Below are positions 28,830 to 38,874 of a stretch of 64,000 nt of DNA, one piece after another. The notes below the pieces were generated by a model. That model had not been told where the DNA came from. It worked only from the letters and a program-made list of their open reading frames with translations, and made no database searches. The first letter of the stretch is position 1, and each line of letters begins with the position of its first letter. Made by a program: the position numbers and the translations under genes. Source of the DNA: Castellaniella defragrans (GTDB lineage Bacteria; Pseudomonadota; Gammaproteobacteria; Burkholderiales; Burkholderiaceae_B). The stretch lies in the NCBI RefSeq assembly GCF_040394755.1, contig NZ_JBEBRQ010000003.1; one strand, given 5' to 3'.

Positions 28830-31800
28830 TTATGAATCAGGATTGTATTGCCAGATACGATTCAACTCGGAACGCATCACCTGCATTGTTTTTTCACTGG
28901 AAAATAGACTTCCAGAATATGCCAGGCCTTTTTTCCCCAAATCATCCGCATAGCTTCTATCAGAAAATATTTTGCGCATCCCTTCGCGCATTGAAGCAGA
29001 CAATGGATCGGCCCACAAGTAATGTGGAGGATAGGGTGCGTTGCCTTCTCCAACCTCGACAAGACGATATTCCAGAGGCCATGCTGAGTCAGGGGTCACA
29101 AAATCAGCAGCCCCACCATAAGGCGTGGCAATCACGGGTTTTCCCGCTCTCATCGCTTCCAATATAGTCAGCCCGAGCCCCTCGGATCTGTGCGGTGAAA
29201 CATAACAATCAATCAGTTGAAAGAGATCATGCATTTCATGATCTTCCAGCGCCCTGTCCATGAAAATTATATCTGGACGCTGCCGAGCCATCGAAACAAG
29301 CTTCTGGATATTAACATCTTCAGGATTTGAATAATGTATTTTGATTAGACAACACGCACCATCATCCGGCCCGAATTCTTCAAGATAAGCATTGAGCAAT
29401 GCCAACGGATTCTTGCGGCCTAGAATGCTCCCCGCATCCGCCGCATAGAAAAAGATAAATCGATCATCGGGGAGATCAAAATCATGCCTTTTCATTGAAC
29501 ATGAGGTCTGTGATTGTTCCAGCATTGGACGAACCACACGGACAGGAGTCCTGGACACCGCGGCGACCGATCGTGCAATGAACTCACTTGCACACCAGAT
29601 CTCATCGAAACGATGGATTATTTCATGCCATTCAGGTAGGAGGGAAGACAGCTCCCAATATACTATCGCAACGTTATAGCAGCAGGGCGCCACAAGCTCT
29701 CTTAATGGCGCACAGTCGAGCAGACTCGCGTTTGCAAGCAGGTCAAGATTGAGATGAACGATATTGATCGGCTGCTTATCAATCGATGGATACTCGATGG
29801 GCGTTCGACGGAGCCGCTCGAATCCCAAGCGCCATGGAACGACATTGATTGGTATATCGGTCTCCAGCAAACAGGAGACATAACCTCTCGCGCTGATACT
29901 TACGCCATTGACAAACTCCACAGGTCCTATGAAATTGACCCCTAGTTTTTTATGTAAGGGTCTGATCCACGTCCGCAGGGCGGGGACTTTGTTGGCAGCG
30001 GATGTACGCCGCAGATTATTCTCTTTTGCCTTAAGTATGGCGCTCACATCGCATTGGGCAGGCTTGCCTGGCGCGGCCATTATTTCGATCTTGCTGCCCC
30101 ATAATGTGGTATCTCGCACTTCAGTTAGACCAATATGGCCATTTTCCTGCGTAGCGATTAGACCAAAGAGGCGTTCCATTGCATGCGCAGTTTTACCGTC
30201 ATTACTACCGTCCTCGGCTTCTAGAGATATGCCTGCATCGGTCAACTGTAATAGTTTTTTCAATGTCCGAGGCCCCATCCAGAACATGGTGCCGGCAAAA
30301 AATCCCCATTCGGGCGGCAGCGGCTTTCCTGGATAGAGTTGTCCTGCCAGCTTTTTGAGCTTTGGGCCATTATCCATGATGAGAGTAGGCCCCGAAACGT
30401 ATAGATCCTTCGCGCCAACCAGCAATAGGTCGGGGTCGGCCTGGAAACAACGGAGGATGCCACTGACAAGATACTTGTTATCCAGCACGCCCTGCAGCAT
30501 TAGCGTTCGCCACATTTCGGGCAAAGTCTGCCCCTTCTTTGTATGAAGCTTGCAGATCGCAGTGTAATTGCTGGCCGCGAGTAATGGTAGAACGGTCAAA
30601 AATGGGCCAATATCACGTCCGGCGTTACTGGTCGTAAGCACCCTCGCGGCAGGAAACAAACGATGCACCTGCTTCCGGAGTGCTTCCACATTGGAATCCT
30701 CGGATACAGACACATATAAATCAAAGACTATAGGAATATTGCGGAGAAAGAGTACAATCTCGCTCCAAAGATCCTCATAATAAAGATGCACCACAACTGC
30801 GATTTTGACATCTCGAAGCAATATGCCTGGATCGAAGGCTCGTTCCTCCTGTACCAATCCATGCTCAAGATAGTGGGATAGCAGATTCACATCACGAGAG
30901 GCCAACTCTGGATGCTGTGTTAGATACCACTTGCCGTCAAAAAGCGGGGCCGGCTCCCGGTTTTCATATATACCACGCCTCAAATAATGAGCAAGCGGAT
31001 TGATCCCGGTACGAACCACATCTTTATTCCGCATGAGATACCAGCTGGTATCGAATACGGGATTCGGATTCCGCCTTTCATCAACGCCAAATCTAAGATA
31101 ATGAACCAATGGGTTTACGCCGGAACTTGCCACATCCGGATATTGCGCCAGATACCAACTTGTAGTGAAAAGCGGATTGGGGTTGCGCCCTTCGATAGCG
31201 CCATGCATTAGGTAATGCCGTATTGGATCCTTGCCTTTTTCCGCAACATCCGGGTACTGTTTCAAATACCAATCGCAATCAAACAACCCGCTGGCGCAAA
31301 GCGATTTACGATCACGCGCAACCATGAGTATCTTCTGTATTGGATCGAATACCAAACGCATCAAATTAGCCAGCGGCAAGCACACATTGCGCATGAACCA
31401 ACGCAGCGGGTATGTCAGGCGCCAGATTTTGGAGCTGCGTAGCGCAGCGATCTCCTGCTGCAGCGATGCTATGGCCTGGCTCTTTTCGGTAATTTCGAGA
31501 TCGAGGGTTCTGACATGTTGCCGCAACACATCTGCATCGCGTGTTAGTTCGGTGACCCGATGAGATTCCTCAACGACGGTTTTCTGTGCCTGCCCCAACC
31601 GCTCTGACAACTGCGTTATTTCCTCCAAGGGATTGAATTTCCTTGAACTCCATTGATTATTTGTTTGCGGTGGCGCCACCGACTCGTATGTTGACAGATC
31701 GAAATGACCGGGAACAACTTTCTCCTGCGTTCCCGCAATAACGCGCTTACCCAACAAATTCTCTGCGACCGTTCGCTTCCGAACCACACACATTGAGTTT

Positions 31801-32432
31801 ATGAATTCGATGGAATGGATGGAGGCCAATTCCTCGATCTCAAAGTCGAGCCCATATTTATCACGGAATCCGGACAGCAAATCCATCGGTGGCTTCTCGA
31901 TGCCCCAGTGCTCATAGTTGACGATATCGGCCAGATGCTTGAAGAAACCAATGGATGAATATGGATCATACAGGCCACCATCAAACCCCTCCCAATAGCT
32001 GCAGTGCATATCCTCTGCAACAAACAGCCCGCCATCAACGAGATATTTGAAATACCGAACAAAGCTCTGAATGATATCTCCAGAGGTGTGCGACCCATCG
32101 TCAATGACGATGTCGAATCGATCGGAAATAGCGATAATGCATTCTTGCGTGGCGTCTTTGTTCGCATCGCCAACAACAACAGTAATCCGAGGATCATCGT
32201 ACCGAAGACGCGCACAGTCCGGATTGATGTCGCAACCCACAAGATGCACCGCATTTGGAAAATATTTTCCCCAGATATCCAATGACCCGCCATTTTGTAC
32301 ACCTATCTCCAGAAGATTGACGGGATGCTCTTGATAAGGATCGAACAAGCGATCGTATTCTTCCAGATATAAACTCCATTTATCGGAAACTTTCCCGGTG
32401 TGTTCACGATAGAGTTGCTTTAATTTGGTCAT
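28830..32432 (-). CDS. 1200-aa multidomain O-polysaccharide enzyme: methyltransferase - coiled coil - 4x38-aa repeats - RgpF-like GT - GT4
   Basis: LEIGVQNGGS/IVIDDGSH (class I MTase); heptad region; VVHLYY..GRDIGPF..KLHTKK..FAGTMFW..HAMERLF (RgpF); SEGLGLTILEAM (GT4). Confidence 0.85.
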   Translation of the reverse strand: MTKLKQLYREHTGKVSDKWSLYLEEYDRLFDPYQEHPVNLLEIGVQNGGSLDIWGKYFPNAVHLVGCDINPDCARLRYDDPRITVVVGDANKDATQECIIAISDRFDIVIDDGSHTSGDIIQSFVRYFKYLVDGGLFVAEDMHCSYWEGFDGGLYDPYSSIGFFKHLADIVNYEHWGIEKPPMDLLSGFRDKYGLDFEIEELASIHSIEFINSMCVVRKRTVAENLLGKRVIAGTQEKVVPGHFDLSTYESVAPPQTNNQWSSRKFNPLEEITQLSERLGQAQKTVVEESHRVTELTRDADVLRQHVRTLDLEITEKSQAIASLQQEIAALRSSKIWRLTYPLRWFMRNVCLPLANLMRLVFDPIQKILMVARDRKSLCASGLFDCDWYLKQYPDVAEKGKDPIRHYLMHGAIEGRNPNPLFTTSWYLAQYPDVASSGVNPLVHYLRFGVDERRNPNPVFDTSWYLMRNKDVVRTGINPLAHYLRRGIYENREPAPLFDGKWYLTQHPELASRDVNLLSHYLEHGLVQEERAFDPGILLRDVKIAVVVHLYYEDLWSEIVLFLRNIPIVFDLYVSVSEDSNVEALRKQVHRLFPAARVLTTSNAGRDIGPFLTVLPLLAASNYTAICKLHTKKGQTLPEMWRTLMLQGVLDNKYLVSGILRCFQADPDLLLVGAKDLYVSGPTLIMDNGPKLKKLAGQLYPGKPLPPEWGFFAGTMFWMGPRTLKKLLQLTDAGISLEAEDGSNDGKTAHAMERLFGLIATQENGHIGLTEVRDTTLWGSKIEIMAAPGKPAQCDVSAILKAKENNLRRTSAANKVPALRTWIRPLHKKLGVNFIGPVEFVNGVSISARGYVSCLLETDIPINVVPWRLGFERLRRTPIEYPSIDKQPINIVHLNLDLLANASLLDCAPLRELVAPCCYNVAIVYWELSSLLPEWHEIIHRFDEIWCASEFIARSVAAVSRTPVRVVRPMLEQSQTSCSMKRHDFDLPDDRFIFFYAADAGSILGRKNPLALLNAYLEEFGPDDGACCLIKIHYSNPEDVNIQKLVSMARQRPDIIFMDRALEDHEMHDLFQLIDCYVSPHRSEGLGLTILEAMRAGKPVIATPYGGAADFVTPDSAWPLEYRLVEVGEGNAPYPPHYLWADPLSASMREGMRKIFSDRSYADDLGKKGLAYSGSLFSSEKTMQVMRSELNRIWQYNPDS
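30830..31286 (-). repeat. Four 114-bp (38-aa) intragenic repeats
   Basis: LFDCDWYLKQYPDV..HYL..G..EGRNPNP / LFTTSWYLAQYPDV.. / VFDTSWYLMRNKDV.. / LFDGKWYLTQHPEL..; unit starts 31286, 31172, 31058, 30944. Confidence 0.9.
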
Positions 32433-33799
32433 GACGAAGATCTTAGAGATACATGATCGAATCTGATACCAACCAGCCCCCAGCGCACTTTACTTGACGA
32501 CACATTGATGAACATGGCGTCGTGGAGCAAATGGTGCTGTACGTTGTTATGCAAATCGCCATCGGCCACAGAGGCCATTACTGAATACGTGCCGTTGGGA
32601 AGCATAGGTAGCGTGAAAACGAACACCCCCTCAAAAACAGTTCCTTTTTCCATCGGCTGCGGGCAATTGGCGGTGAAGGGCAGGGTGTTCTCTCCGAACA
32701 GGTCCTGCCCAAGGCGATCCCGGACGATGAAACCCAATATGGGATGCGGTAAGTCTTGGTTTGCCCTGGCCCTGATCCGAAGCTGGACACGCTCCCCGCC
32801 TTTCAGCACTGGCGCGCTCTTGCCATCAACCGTTGCAAACTCGATATCGATTATTTCCGCGCCACCGCTTTTCCATCCATTTGCCGCATTCAGATTATTT
32901 TTGATTCGATTAGAGGATTCGTAATCCAGTATGGCATCTCGTTGGATAGACTCCTCATCGACATCATCAAGCAGCGCATCACTCTCGAACTCCAGCTTTG
33001 CCCCCTGTGTCGATTCGACAGGAGCCAGCTTCGCCTCCTCACCGTAAATTTCTTGCAGCGTATACTGCAGATAGGCCTCCGAGATAGCTTTTGATTCCCC
33101 CATCCGCACAATCTTTCCATTGCCAAGCCATATTGCGGACTTGCAAAGGTTCAATACCGAACCCATATCGTGGCTTACAAACAGCAGGGTTCCGCTCTTT
33201 TGGAATTCACGAATGAAACGCATGCATTTCTGCGTGAATACGGCATCGCCAACGGCCAATGCTTCATCAATGACGAGTATATCGGCATCCACATGCGCAA
33301 TGACGGCAAAGGCAAGACGCACATACATGCCGCTGGAGTAAGTCTTGACTGGATGGTCGAGATGCTCTCCAATATCCGCAAACATGGCAATTTTATTGAA
33401 CCTGGCATCTACTTGTTCAGTGCTAAGTCCATACAAAGAAGCAGCCATATAGACATTCTCGCGCCCAGTAAACTCCGGGTTGAAGCCAGCCCCCAGCTCC
33501 AATAAAGCCGCAACCTTCCCATTCACGGTGATGTGGCCTAACGTAGGATTCAGAGTGCCGCAAATCATCTGCAGCAACGTTGACTTACCCGAACCGTTGC
33601 GACCAATGATGCCCACTGTTTCACCTTTAAGTACAGTGAAGGATACGTCGCGCAAGGCCCAGAATTCGTGAAATAGCGCTTTTTTCCCCCGAAGAAACAT
33701 TTGTAGAAGCCGGTCGCGTGGCTTGTCGAAAATAGGATAAGCCTTACCAAGACCCTCCACGCGAATGGCTATATCGCCAGCAGAAACCTCAGATGACAT
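32429..33799 (-). CDS. wzt: O-antigen ABC transporter ATPase with C-terminal carbohydrate-binding domain
   Basis: GRNGSGKST, LLELGAGFNPEFTGREN, YSSGMYVRLAF, DEALAVGD plus a Wzt_C-like beta domain. Confidence 0.93.
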   Translation of the reverse strand: MSSEVSAGDIAIRVEGLGKAYPIFDKPRDRLLQMFLRGKKALFHEFWALRDVSFTVLKGETVGIIGRNGSGKSTLLQMICGTLNPTLGHITVNGKVAALLELGAGFNPEFTGRENVYMAASLYGLSTEQVDARFNKIAMFADIGEHLDHPVKTYSSGMYVRLAFAVIAHVDADILVIDEALAVGDAVFTQKCMRFIREFQKSGTLLFVSHDMGSVLNLCKSAIWLGNGKIVRMGESKAISEAYLQYTLQEIYGEEAKLAPVESTQGAKLEFESDALLDDVDEESIQRDAILDYESSNRIKNNLNAANGWKSGGAEIIDIEFATVDGKSAPVLKGGERVQLRIRARANQDLPHPILGFIVRDRLGQDLFGENTLPFTANCPQPMEKGTVFEGVFVFTLPMLPNGTYSVMASVADGDLHNNVQHHLLHDAMFINVSSSKVRWGLVGIRFDHVSLRSSS

Positions 33800-34607
33800 C
33801 CGCGAACCCTTTACGTGTTTTCTGAAACCATGCAAAACCAAGCACGGCTGCAAAAAAACAGCCGGCCAGATACATCAGATATCGGCCCGGGTCCGGCACA
33901 GTGCCCCAATACAGAATCTCACGGATCTGACTTATCGCCGGCGCAAGCGGATTAAGTACCAACAACGGCCGATATTTTTCTGGAAGCGCCTCGATGGGGA
34001 AAAAAATAGGCGAAAGAAACATCAGCACCGTCGTCAGGATTCCAACCAGCTGGCTGATGTCTCGCAAATACACGCCGAGCGAGGCAAGCCCCCATCCCAA
34101 TCCGACTATCAGTAATATCAAAGGAAACAACACGAAAGGAAGGAGCAATACGGTAAAATGCGGCGGACCGATTACGATGGCATAGAATATGAGCCATACA
34201 AAAGCGCTGATGAGGGCATGGAATAATGCTGACCCAATGGCAACCCAGGGCAGGACCTCCAGCGGGAATATGACTTTCTTCACATAATTCGCGTTAGAAA
34301 GAACCAGGCTTGGCGAGCGATTGAAGCATTCAGCAAAAAGGTTGAATACGATCATTCCCGCAAAAAGGATTAGCGCAAATTCGGCCCTTGACTCACTACC
34401 CCCGCTCCACCGAACCTTGAACACGACACTGAATACGAACGTATAGACCGCCAGCATGAAGACCGGATTGAAAAACGACCAGAGCAATCCAAGCATGGAC
34501 CCTCGATAACGGCCGATAACCTCTCTTTTTGCGAGGGCGAGAATCAAGCGTCTATTCCGCCACAAACTCGCCACCATTTCGCGGGGTGATGCACTGAAGT
34601 GTTGCAT
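33789..34607 (-). CDS. wzm: O-antigen ABC transporter permease
   Basis: RYRGSMLGLLWS, NANYVKKVIFP, YLRDI, LNPL motifs. Confidence 0.94.
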   Translation of the reverse strand: MQHFSASPREMVASLWRNRRLILALAKREVIGRYRGSMLGLLWSFFNPVFMLAVYTFVFSVVFKVRWSGGSESRAEFALILFAGMIVFNLFAECFNRSPSLVLSNANYVKKVIFPLEVLPWVAIGSALFHALISAFVWLIFYAIVIGPPHFTVLLLPFVLFPLILLIVGLGWGLASLGVYLRDISQLVGILTTVLMFLSPIFFPIEALPEKYRPLLVLNPLAPAISQIREILYWGTVPDPGRYLMYLAGCFFAAVLGFAWFQKTRKGFADVI

Positions 34608-35152
34608 CAGGCGAATACCTCGGCATTGACCAGCAGGATTGCCGCCTTGTCTTTGTCAGAGAGCAGCGGCTCACCGGCGAAAGGCCATTCGATCCCGATT
34701 GCGGGGTCGCGCCATGAGATACCTCGCTCAAACCGCGGCGCATAATAATCCGTGGTCTTGTACAAGAATTCCGCCGTATCCGACAGCACGACAAACCCAT
34801 GCGCAAACCCCTCCGGCACCCAAAGCTGTTTCTTGTTTTCGGCACTGAGCCTTTCCCCAACCCATTTCCCAAAACTAGGCGAATTCTTGCGAATATCCAC
34901 CGCCACATCGAATACTTCACCAACAACAACTCTGACCAATTTCCCCTGAGGTTGCTGGATCTGGTAGTGCAAACCGCGCAATACATTCCGAGCCGATTTG
35001 GAGTGATTGTCTTGCACAAAGGTCACTTTACGGCCAATCGCCTCCTCGAATTCCGCATGATTGAAACTCTCGAAAAAGAACCCCCGATCGTCCCCAAAAA
35101 CCTTGGGTTCGAAAAGGATCACATCTGGAATGGCAAGCCGGGTCGCTTTCAT
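34607..35152 (-). CDS. rfbC: dTDP-4-dehydrorhamnose 3,5-epimerase
   Basis: FGDDRGFFFESFN, QDNHSKS, LRGLHYQ, PEGFAHGF. Confidence 0.96.
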   Translation of the reverse strand: MKATRLAIPDVILFEPKVFGDDRGFFFESFNHAEFEEAIGRKVTFVQDNHSKSARNVLRGLHYQIQQPQGKLVRVVVGEVFDVAVDIRKNSPSFGKWVGERLSAENKKQLWVPEGFAHGFVVLSDTAEFLYKTTDYYAPRFERGISWRDPAIGIEWPFAGEPLLSDKDKAAILLVNAEVFA

Positions 35153-35154
35153 GA

Positions 35155-36036
35155 CTATTTGACCTCCCTGGCAATCTGCATGAGATACTTCCCATACCCA
35201 TTCTTGCTCAACGGCTTGGCCAACTTCCGGACCTGCTCCGCATCGATCCACTTCTGCCGGAACGCAATTTCCTCCGGGCAGGCAACCTTCAACCCCTGGC
35301 GGTTCTCCAGGGTGGCAATGAACTGCCCCGCCTCCAGCAAGGATTCGTGCGTGCCGGTGTCCAGCCACGCGTAGCCGCGGCCCATGATTTCGACATTCAA
35401 TGTGCCCTGCTCCAGATAGAGGCGATTCAGGTCGGTGATCTCCAGTTCACCCCGGGCGGAGGGCTTCAGGTCTTTTGCCAGACCGACCACCTGGTTGTCG
35501 CAGAAATAGAGTCCCGTGACGGCATAATTGGATTTGGGCTTGGCCGGTTTTTCCTCCAGTGACAGCACCCGGCCATCCTCGTTGAACTCGGCCACGCCGT
35601 AGCGCTCAGGGTCCTGGACGCGATAGGCGAACACGCTCGCGCCTTCAATGCGCTGCATGGCATTGCCCAGCAGCCGATGAAAGTCGTGCCCGTAAAAGAT
35701 GTTGTCGCCCAGCACCAGGGCCGATGGGCCGTTGCCCACGAAATCCGCGCCGATGATGAATGCCTGCGCCAGCCCATCGGGGCTGGGCTGCACGGCGTAC
35801 TGCAGGTTCAGCCCCCACTGGCTGCCATCGCCCAGCAGCTGCTCGAAGCGCGGCGTGTCTTGCGGGGTGGAGATGATCAGGATGTCGCGGATGCCGGCCA
35901 GCATCAGGGTGGACAGCGGGTAATACACCATGGGCTTGTCGTACACCGGCAGCAGTTGCTTGCTGACGGCCAGGGTGGCGGGGTGCAGGCGCGTGCCGGA
36001 TCCGCCGGCCAGGATGATGCCTTTGCGTTGTGTCAC
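35155..36036 (-). CDS. rfbA: Glucose-1-phosphate thymidylyltransferase
   Basis: [38 protein letters not shown]. Confidence 0.97.
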   Translation of the reverse strand: MTQRKGIILAGGSGTRLHPATLAVSKQLLPVYDKPMVYYPLSTLMLAGIRDILIISTPQDTPRFEQLLGDGSQWGLNLQYAVQPSPDGLAQAFIIGADFVGNGPSALVLGDNIFYGHDFHRLLGNAMQRIEGASVFAYRVQDPERYGVAEFNEDGRVLSLEEKPAKPKSNYAVTGLYFCDNQVVGLAKDLKPSARGELEITDLNRLYLEQGTLNVEIMGRGYAWLDTGTHESLLEAGQFIATLENRQGLKVACPEEIAFRQKWIDAEQVRKLAKPLSKNGYGKYLMQIAREVK

Positions 36037-36039
36037 GGT

Positions 36040-36930
36040 TTACTTCTCCAGAATCTCTGCCAACATGCGGGCGACGCCCGTTTGCCAATGCGGCAGGGTC
36101 AAGCCAAATGTGGTTTGCAGTCGATGGGTGTCCAGGCGCGAATTGCGCGGCCGTTGGGCGGGGGTGGGAAAGGCGCTGGTGGGCACGGGCTGGATGGCGT
36201 CCGCCGCCACTTTCAGGTCCACCCCATAGGCGCGAGCGATGTCCAGTACGTAGCAGGCGTAGCCATGCCAGGAGGTTTCTCCGCCCGCCACCAGGTGATA
36301 CAGGCCGGCGGTTGCCGGCCGATCCTGCGCGGCGCGCAGGGCGTGGGCGGTGACGTCGGCCAGCAGATCGGCCCCGGTGGGTGCGCCGATCTGATCGTCG
36401 ATCACGGTCAGGGCGTCCCGCTCGCGGGCCAGGCGCAGCATGGTTTTGGCGAAGTTGCCGCCGCGCGCGGCATACACCCAGCTGGTGCGAAAAATCAGGT
36501 GCCGGCAGCCCGAGTCCCGAATGGCAATCTCGCCGTCCAGCTTGCTGCGGCCATAGACATTCAAAGGTCCGGTCGTATCGGTCTCGACCCAGGGGGTGCT
36601 GCCGCTGCCGTCAAATACATAGTCGGTGGAATAATGCACCAGCCATGCGCCCAGGCGATTGGCCTCGGTCGCCAGCAGGGCCGGAGCCAGCGTATTCAAC
36701 TGGCGGGCCAGATCGGGTTCGCTTTCGGCCTTGTCCACGGCGGTGTGGGCGGCCGCGTTCACGATGACGTCGGGGGCGATGCCGCGCACAGTCTGCTTGA
36801 CCTCGTCCAGGCGGGTGTAGTCCCCGCCCGGCGTGTCGCGGCCCAGGGCGATCAGCTCACCCAGCGGCGCCAGGCTGCGTTGCAGTTCCCATCCTAACTG
36901 GCCGCACTTTCCCAGCAGCAATATCCTCAT
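36040..36930 (-). CDS. rfbD: dTDP-4-dehydrorhamnose reductase
   Basis: [36 protein letters not shown]. Confidence 0.95.
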   Translation of the reverse strand: MRILLLGKCGQLGWELQRSLAPLGELIALGRDTPGGDYTRLDEVKQTVRGIAPDVIVNAAAHTAVDKAESEPDLARQLNTLAPALLATEANRLGAWLVHYSTDYVFDGSGSTPWVETDTTGPLNVYGRSKLDGEIAIRDSGCRHLIFRTSWVYAARGGNFAKTMLRLARERDALTVIDDQIGAPTGADLLADVTAHALRAAQDRPATAGLYHLVAGGETSWHGYACYVLDIARAYGVDLKVAADAIQPVPTSAFPTPAQRPRNSRLDTHRLQTTFGLTLPHWQTGVARMLAEILEK

Positions 36931-37997
36931 ACGGCGCGCCCGCTGTAGTTCTGTTCGACCCAATCGCGATAGGCGCCGGTTTGCACGGTTTCAACCCACG
37001 CCTGGTGGTCCAGATACCATTGGACGGTCTTGCGGATGCCGGTTTCAAAGGTTTCGGCGGGTTTCCAGCCCAGTTCGCGTTCCAGCTTGCGGGCATCGAT
37101 GGCGTAGCGGCGATCATGGCCGGGCCGATCCCTGACGAAGGCGATCTGCTCCTGGTAGCTTTTTCTATCCAGGCGAGGCCGCAGCTCATCCAACAAAGTA
37201 CAGACGGTATGGACGATCTCGAGATTCGTCTTTTCGTTCCAACCGCCGACGTTGTAGACCTCACCCGTTTCACCGGCTTGCAACACACGCCGGATGGCGC
37301 TGCAGTGATCCTCGACGTAGAGCCAGTCGCGGATCTGCTGGCCGTCGCCATACACGGGCAAGGGTTTGCCCGCCAGCGCGTTGACGATCATCAGCGGAAT
37401 CAGTTTTTCCGGGAAATGGTAGGGGCCATAATTGTTGGAGCAATTGGTCGTCAGGACCGGCAAACCATAGGTATGGTGATACGCGCGCACCAGGTGGTCG
37501 CTGGCGGCCTTGCTGGCCGAATAAGGGCTGTTGGGCTCGTAGCGATGGGTTTCGCTGAACGCCGCATCGTCTTTGTCCAGGGACCCGTAGACTTCGTCGG
37601 TGGAGACATGCAGGAAACGAAAGCCGGTTTTGCGCTCGCCCGCCAGGCCATTCCAATAGGCGCGCACGGATTCCAGCAGATGAAAGGTGCCAACGATATT
37701 GGTCTGTATGAAATCCTCGGGACCGTGGATGGAGCGATCCACGTGGCTTTCTGCCGCGAAATTGATGACAGCACGTGGGGCATGATCGGCCAGCAATCGA
37801 TCGACCAGCGCGCCATCGCCGATGTCGCCTTGCACGAAGGCATGGCGCGCATCCCCCTGCAGGCTTTCGAGGTTGTGCAGGTTGCCGGCATAGGTCAGCT
37901 TGTCCAGGTTGATCACCGGCTCGTCGCTATTTTTCAGCCAGGCCAGCACGAAATTCGCGCCGATGAAACCAGCGCCTCCCGTCACTAATATCGTCAT
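36927..37997 (-). CDS. rfbB: dTDP-glucose 4,6-dehydratase
   Basis: [44 protein letters not shown]. Confidence 0.97.
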   Translation of the reverse strand: MTILVTGGAGFIGANFVLAWLKNSDEPVINLDKLTYAGNLHNLESLQGDARHAFVQGDIGDGALVDRLLADHAPRAVINFAAESHVDRSIHGPEDFIQTNIVGTFHLLESVRAYWNGLAGERKTGFRFLHVSTDEVYGSLDKDDAAFSETHRYEPNSPYSASKAASDHLVRAYHHTYGLPVLTTNCSNNYGPYHFPEKLIPLMIVNALAGKPLPVYGDGQQIRDWLYVEDHCSAIRRVLQAGETGEVYNVGGWNEKTNLEIVHTVCTLLDELRPRLDRKSYQEQIAFVRDRPGHDRRYAIDARKLERELGWKPAETFETGIRKTVQWYLDHQAWVETVQTGAYRDWVEQNYSGRAV

Positions 37998-38144
37998 GCT
38001 TTATTCTTTCCTAAAAACAGAAACAACCGGACGAGTTGCGCACTCATCAATTTCTCGGCCGGGTTTTCTCAAAGACATCGATTGGCCGGGCATCGACACT
38101 TTTACAATTAGCATACTTTTCATAATCATCACATCTGAAAAGGA

Positions 38145-38495
38145 CTACTTTGCCATCCCCTCGTCCGGCGCCTCGCGCCGCAGCGCCTCGATTTCCCGCC
38201 GCAACGCCTCGTACTCCCTGAGCTTGATCTTCAGAAAATCCGCGGCCAGTTCGGCCTTGGCGGCGATCCCCGCCGGGGTCAGCAAATAGGCATAACTCAG
38301 TTTGTTCTGGCTATTGCGAAAGTTCTGCATCTTGATCAGCCCCTTGTCCAGCAAAGCGCGGATGCAGTAGTTGGTCTTGCCCAGGCTGACGCCCAGCGCC
38401 TCGGCCAACTCGCGCTGACTGAGGCTGGGGTCGGACTCCAGCAGTCGCAAGACCTTCAGGTGATATTCGTCGGACGAGGTGGTATCGGAGGACAT
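38145..38495 (-). CDS. MarR-family EPS-associated winged-helix regulator
   Basis: LSQRELAEALGVSLGKTNYCIRALLDKGLIK..YAYLLTPAGI. Confidence 0.9.
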   Translation of the reverse strand: MSSDTTSSDEYHLKVLRLLESDPSLSQRELAEALGVSLGKTNYCIRALLDKGLIKMQNFRNSQNKLSYAYLLTPAGIAAKAELAADFLKIKLREYEALRREIEALRREAPDEGMAK

Positions 38496-38517
38496 GGCCT
38501 ACAGAAAACTCTGCGGG

Positions 38518-38582
38518 CACGCTACCGCCGTGCTGTGTCACGGTCAGCAAGCGCACAGGGGAGTACGTTCATGAATTGAACG
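38518..38582 (-). promoter_or_regulatory. JUMPstart-like leader with RfaH ops, copy 1, plus upstream palindrome
   Basis: Minus strand GCGCTTGCTGACCGTGACACAGCACGGCGGTAGCGTG (38554-38518; ops GGCGGTAGCGTG); CGTTCA-N5-TGAACG at 38566-38582. Confidence 0.85.
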
Positions 38583-38874
38583 CGATGGTACACCGATGAC
38601 CCCCCCATGAAAACCCTATATCAATACAATTTGTACATTTGATTTAGATTGATTATAGGAATCGGGAAATGGCTACCGCATCACTGCTGGCTGCCTGAGA
38701 AAAGACTTCGGCCGCCTGCCGGCGGCCGTCAATGTGTGTCCGCTGTGGACACTAGCAATCGGAAGATCCGCGCAACAAGCTCGCCCGCCGGGGGCCCCGC
38801 GTGTCACGCAAAATTTACAGGAAGGGGAATGAACCTGGGCAAGGCCCGAACGATCACATCGGGCTAGGCGCGGC

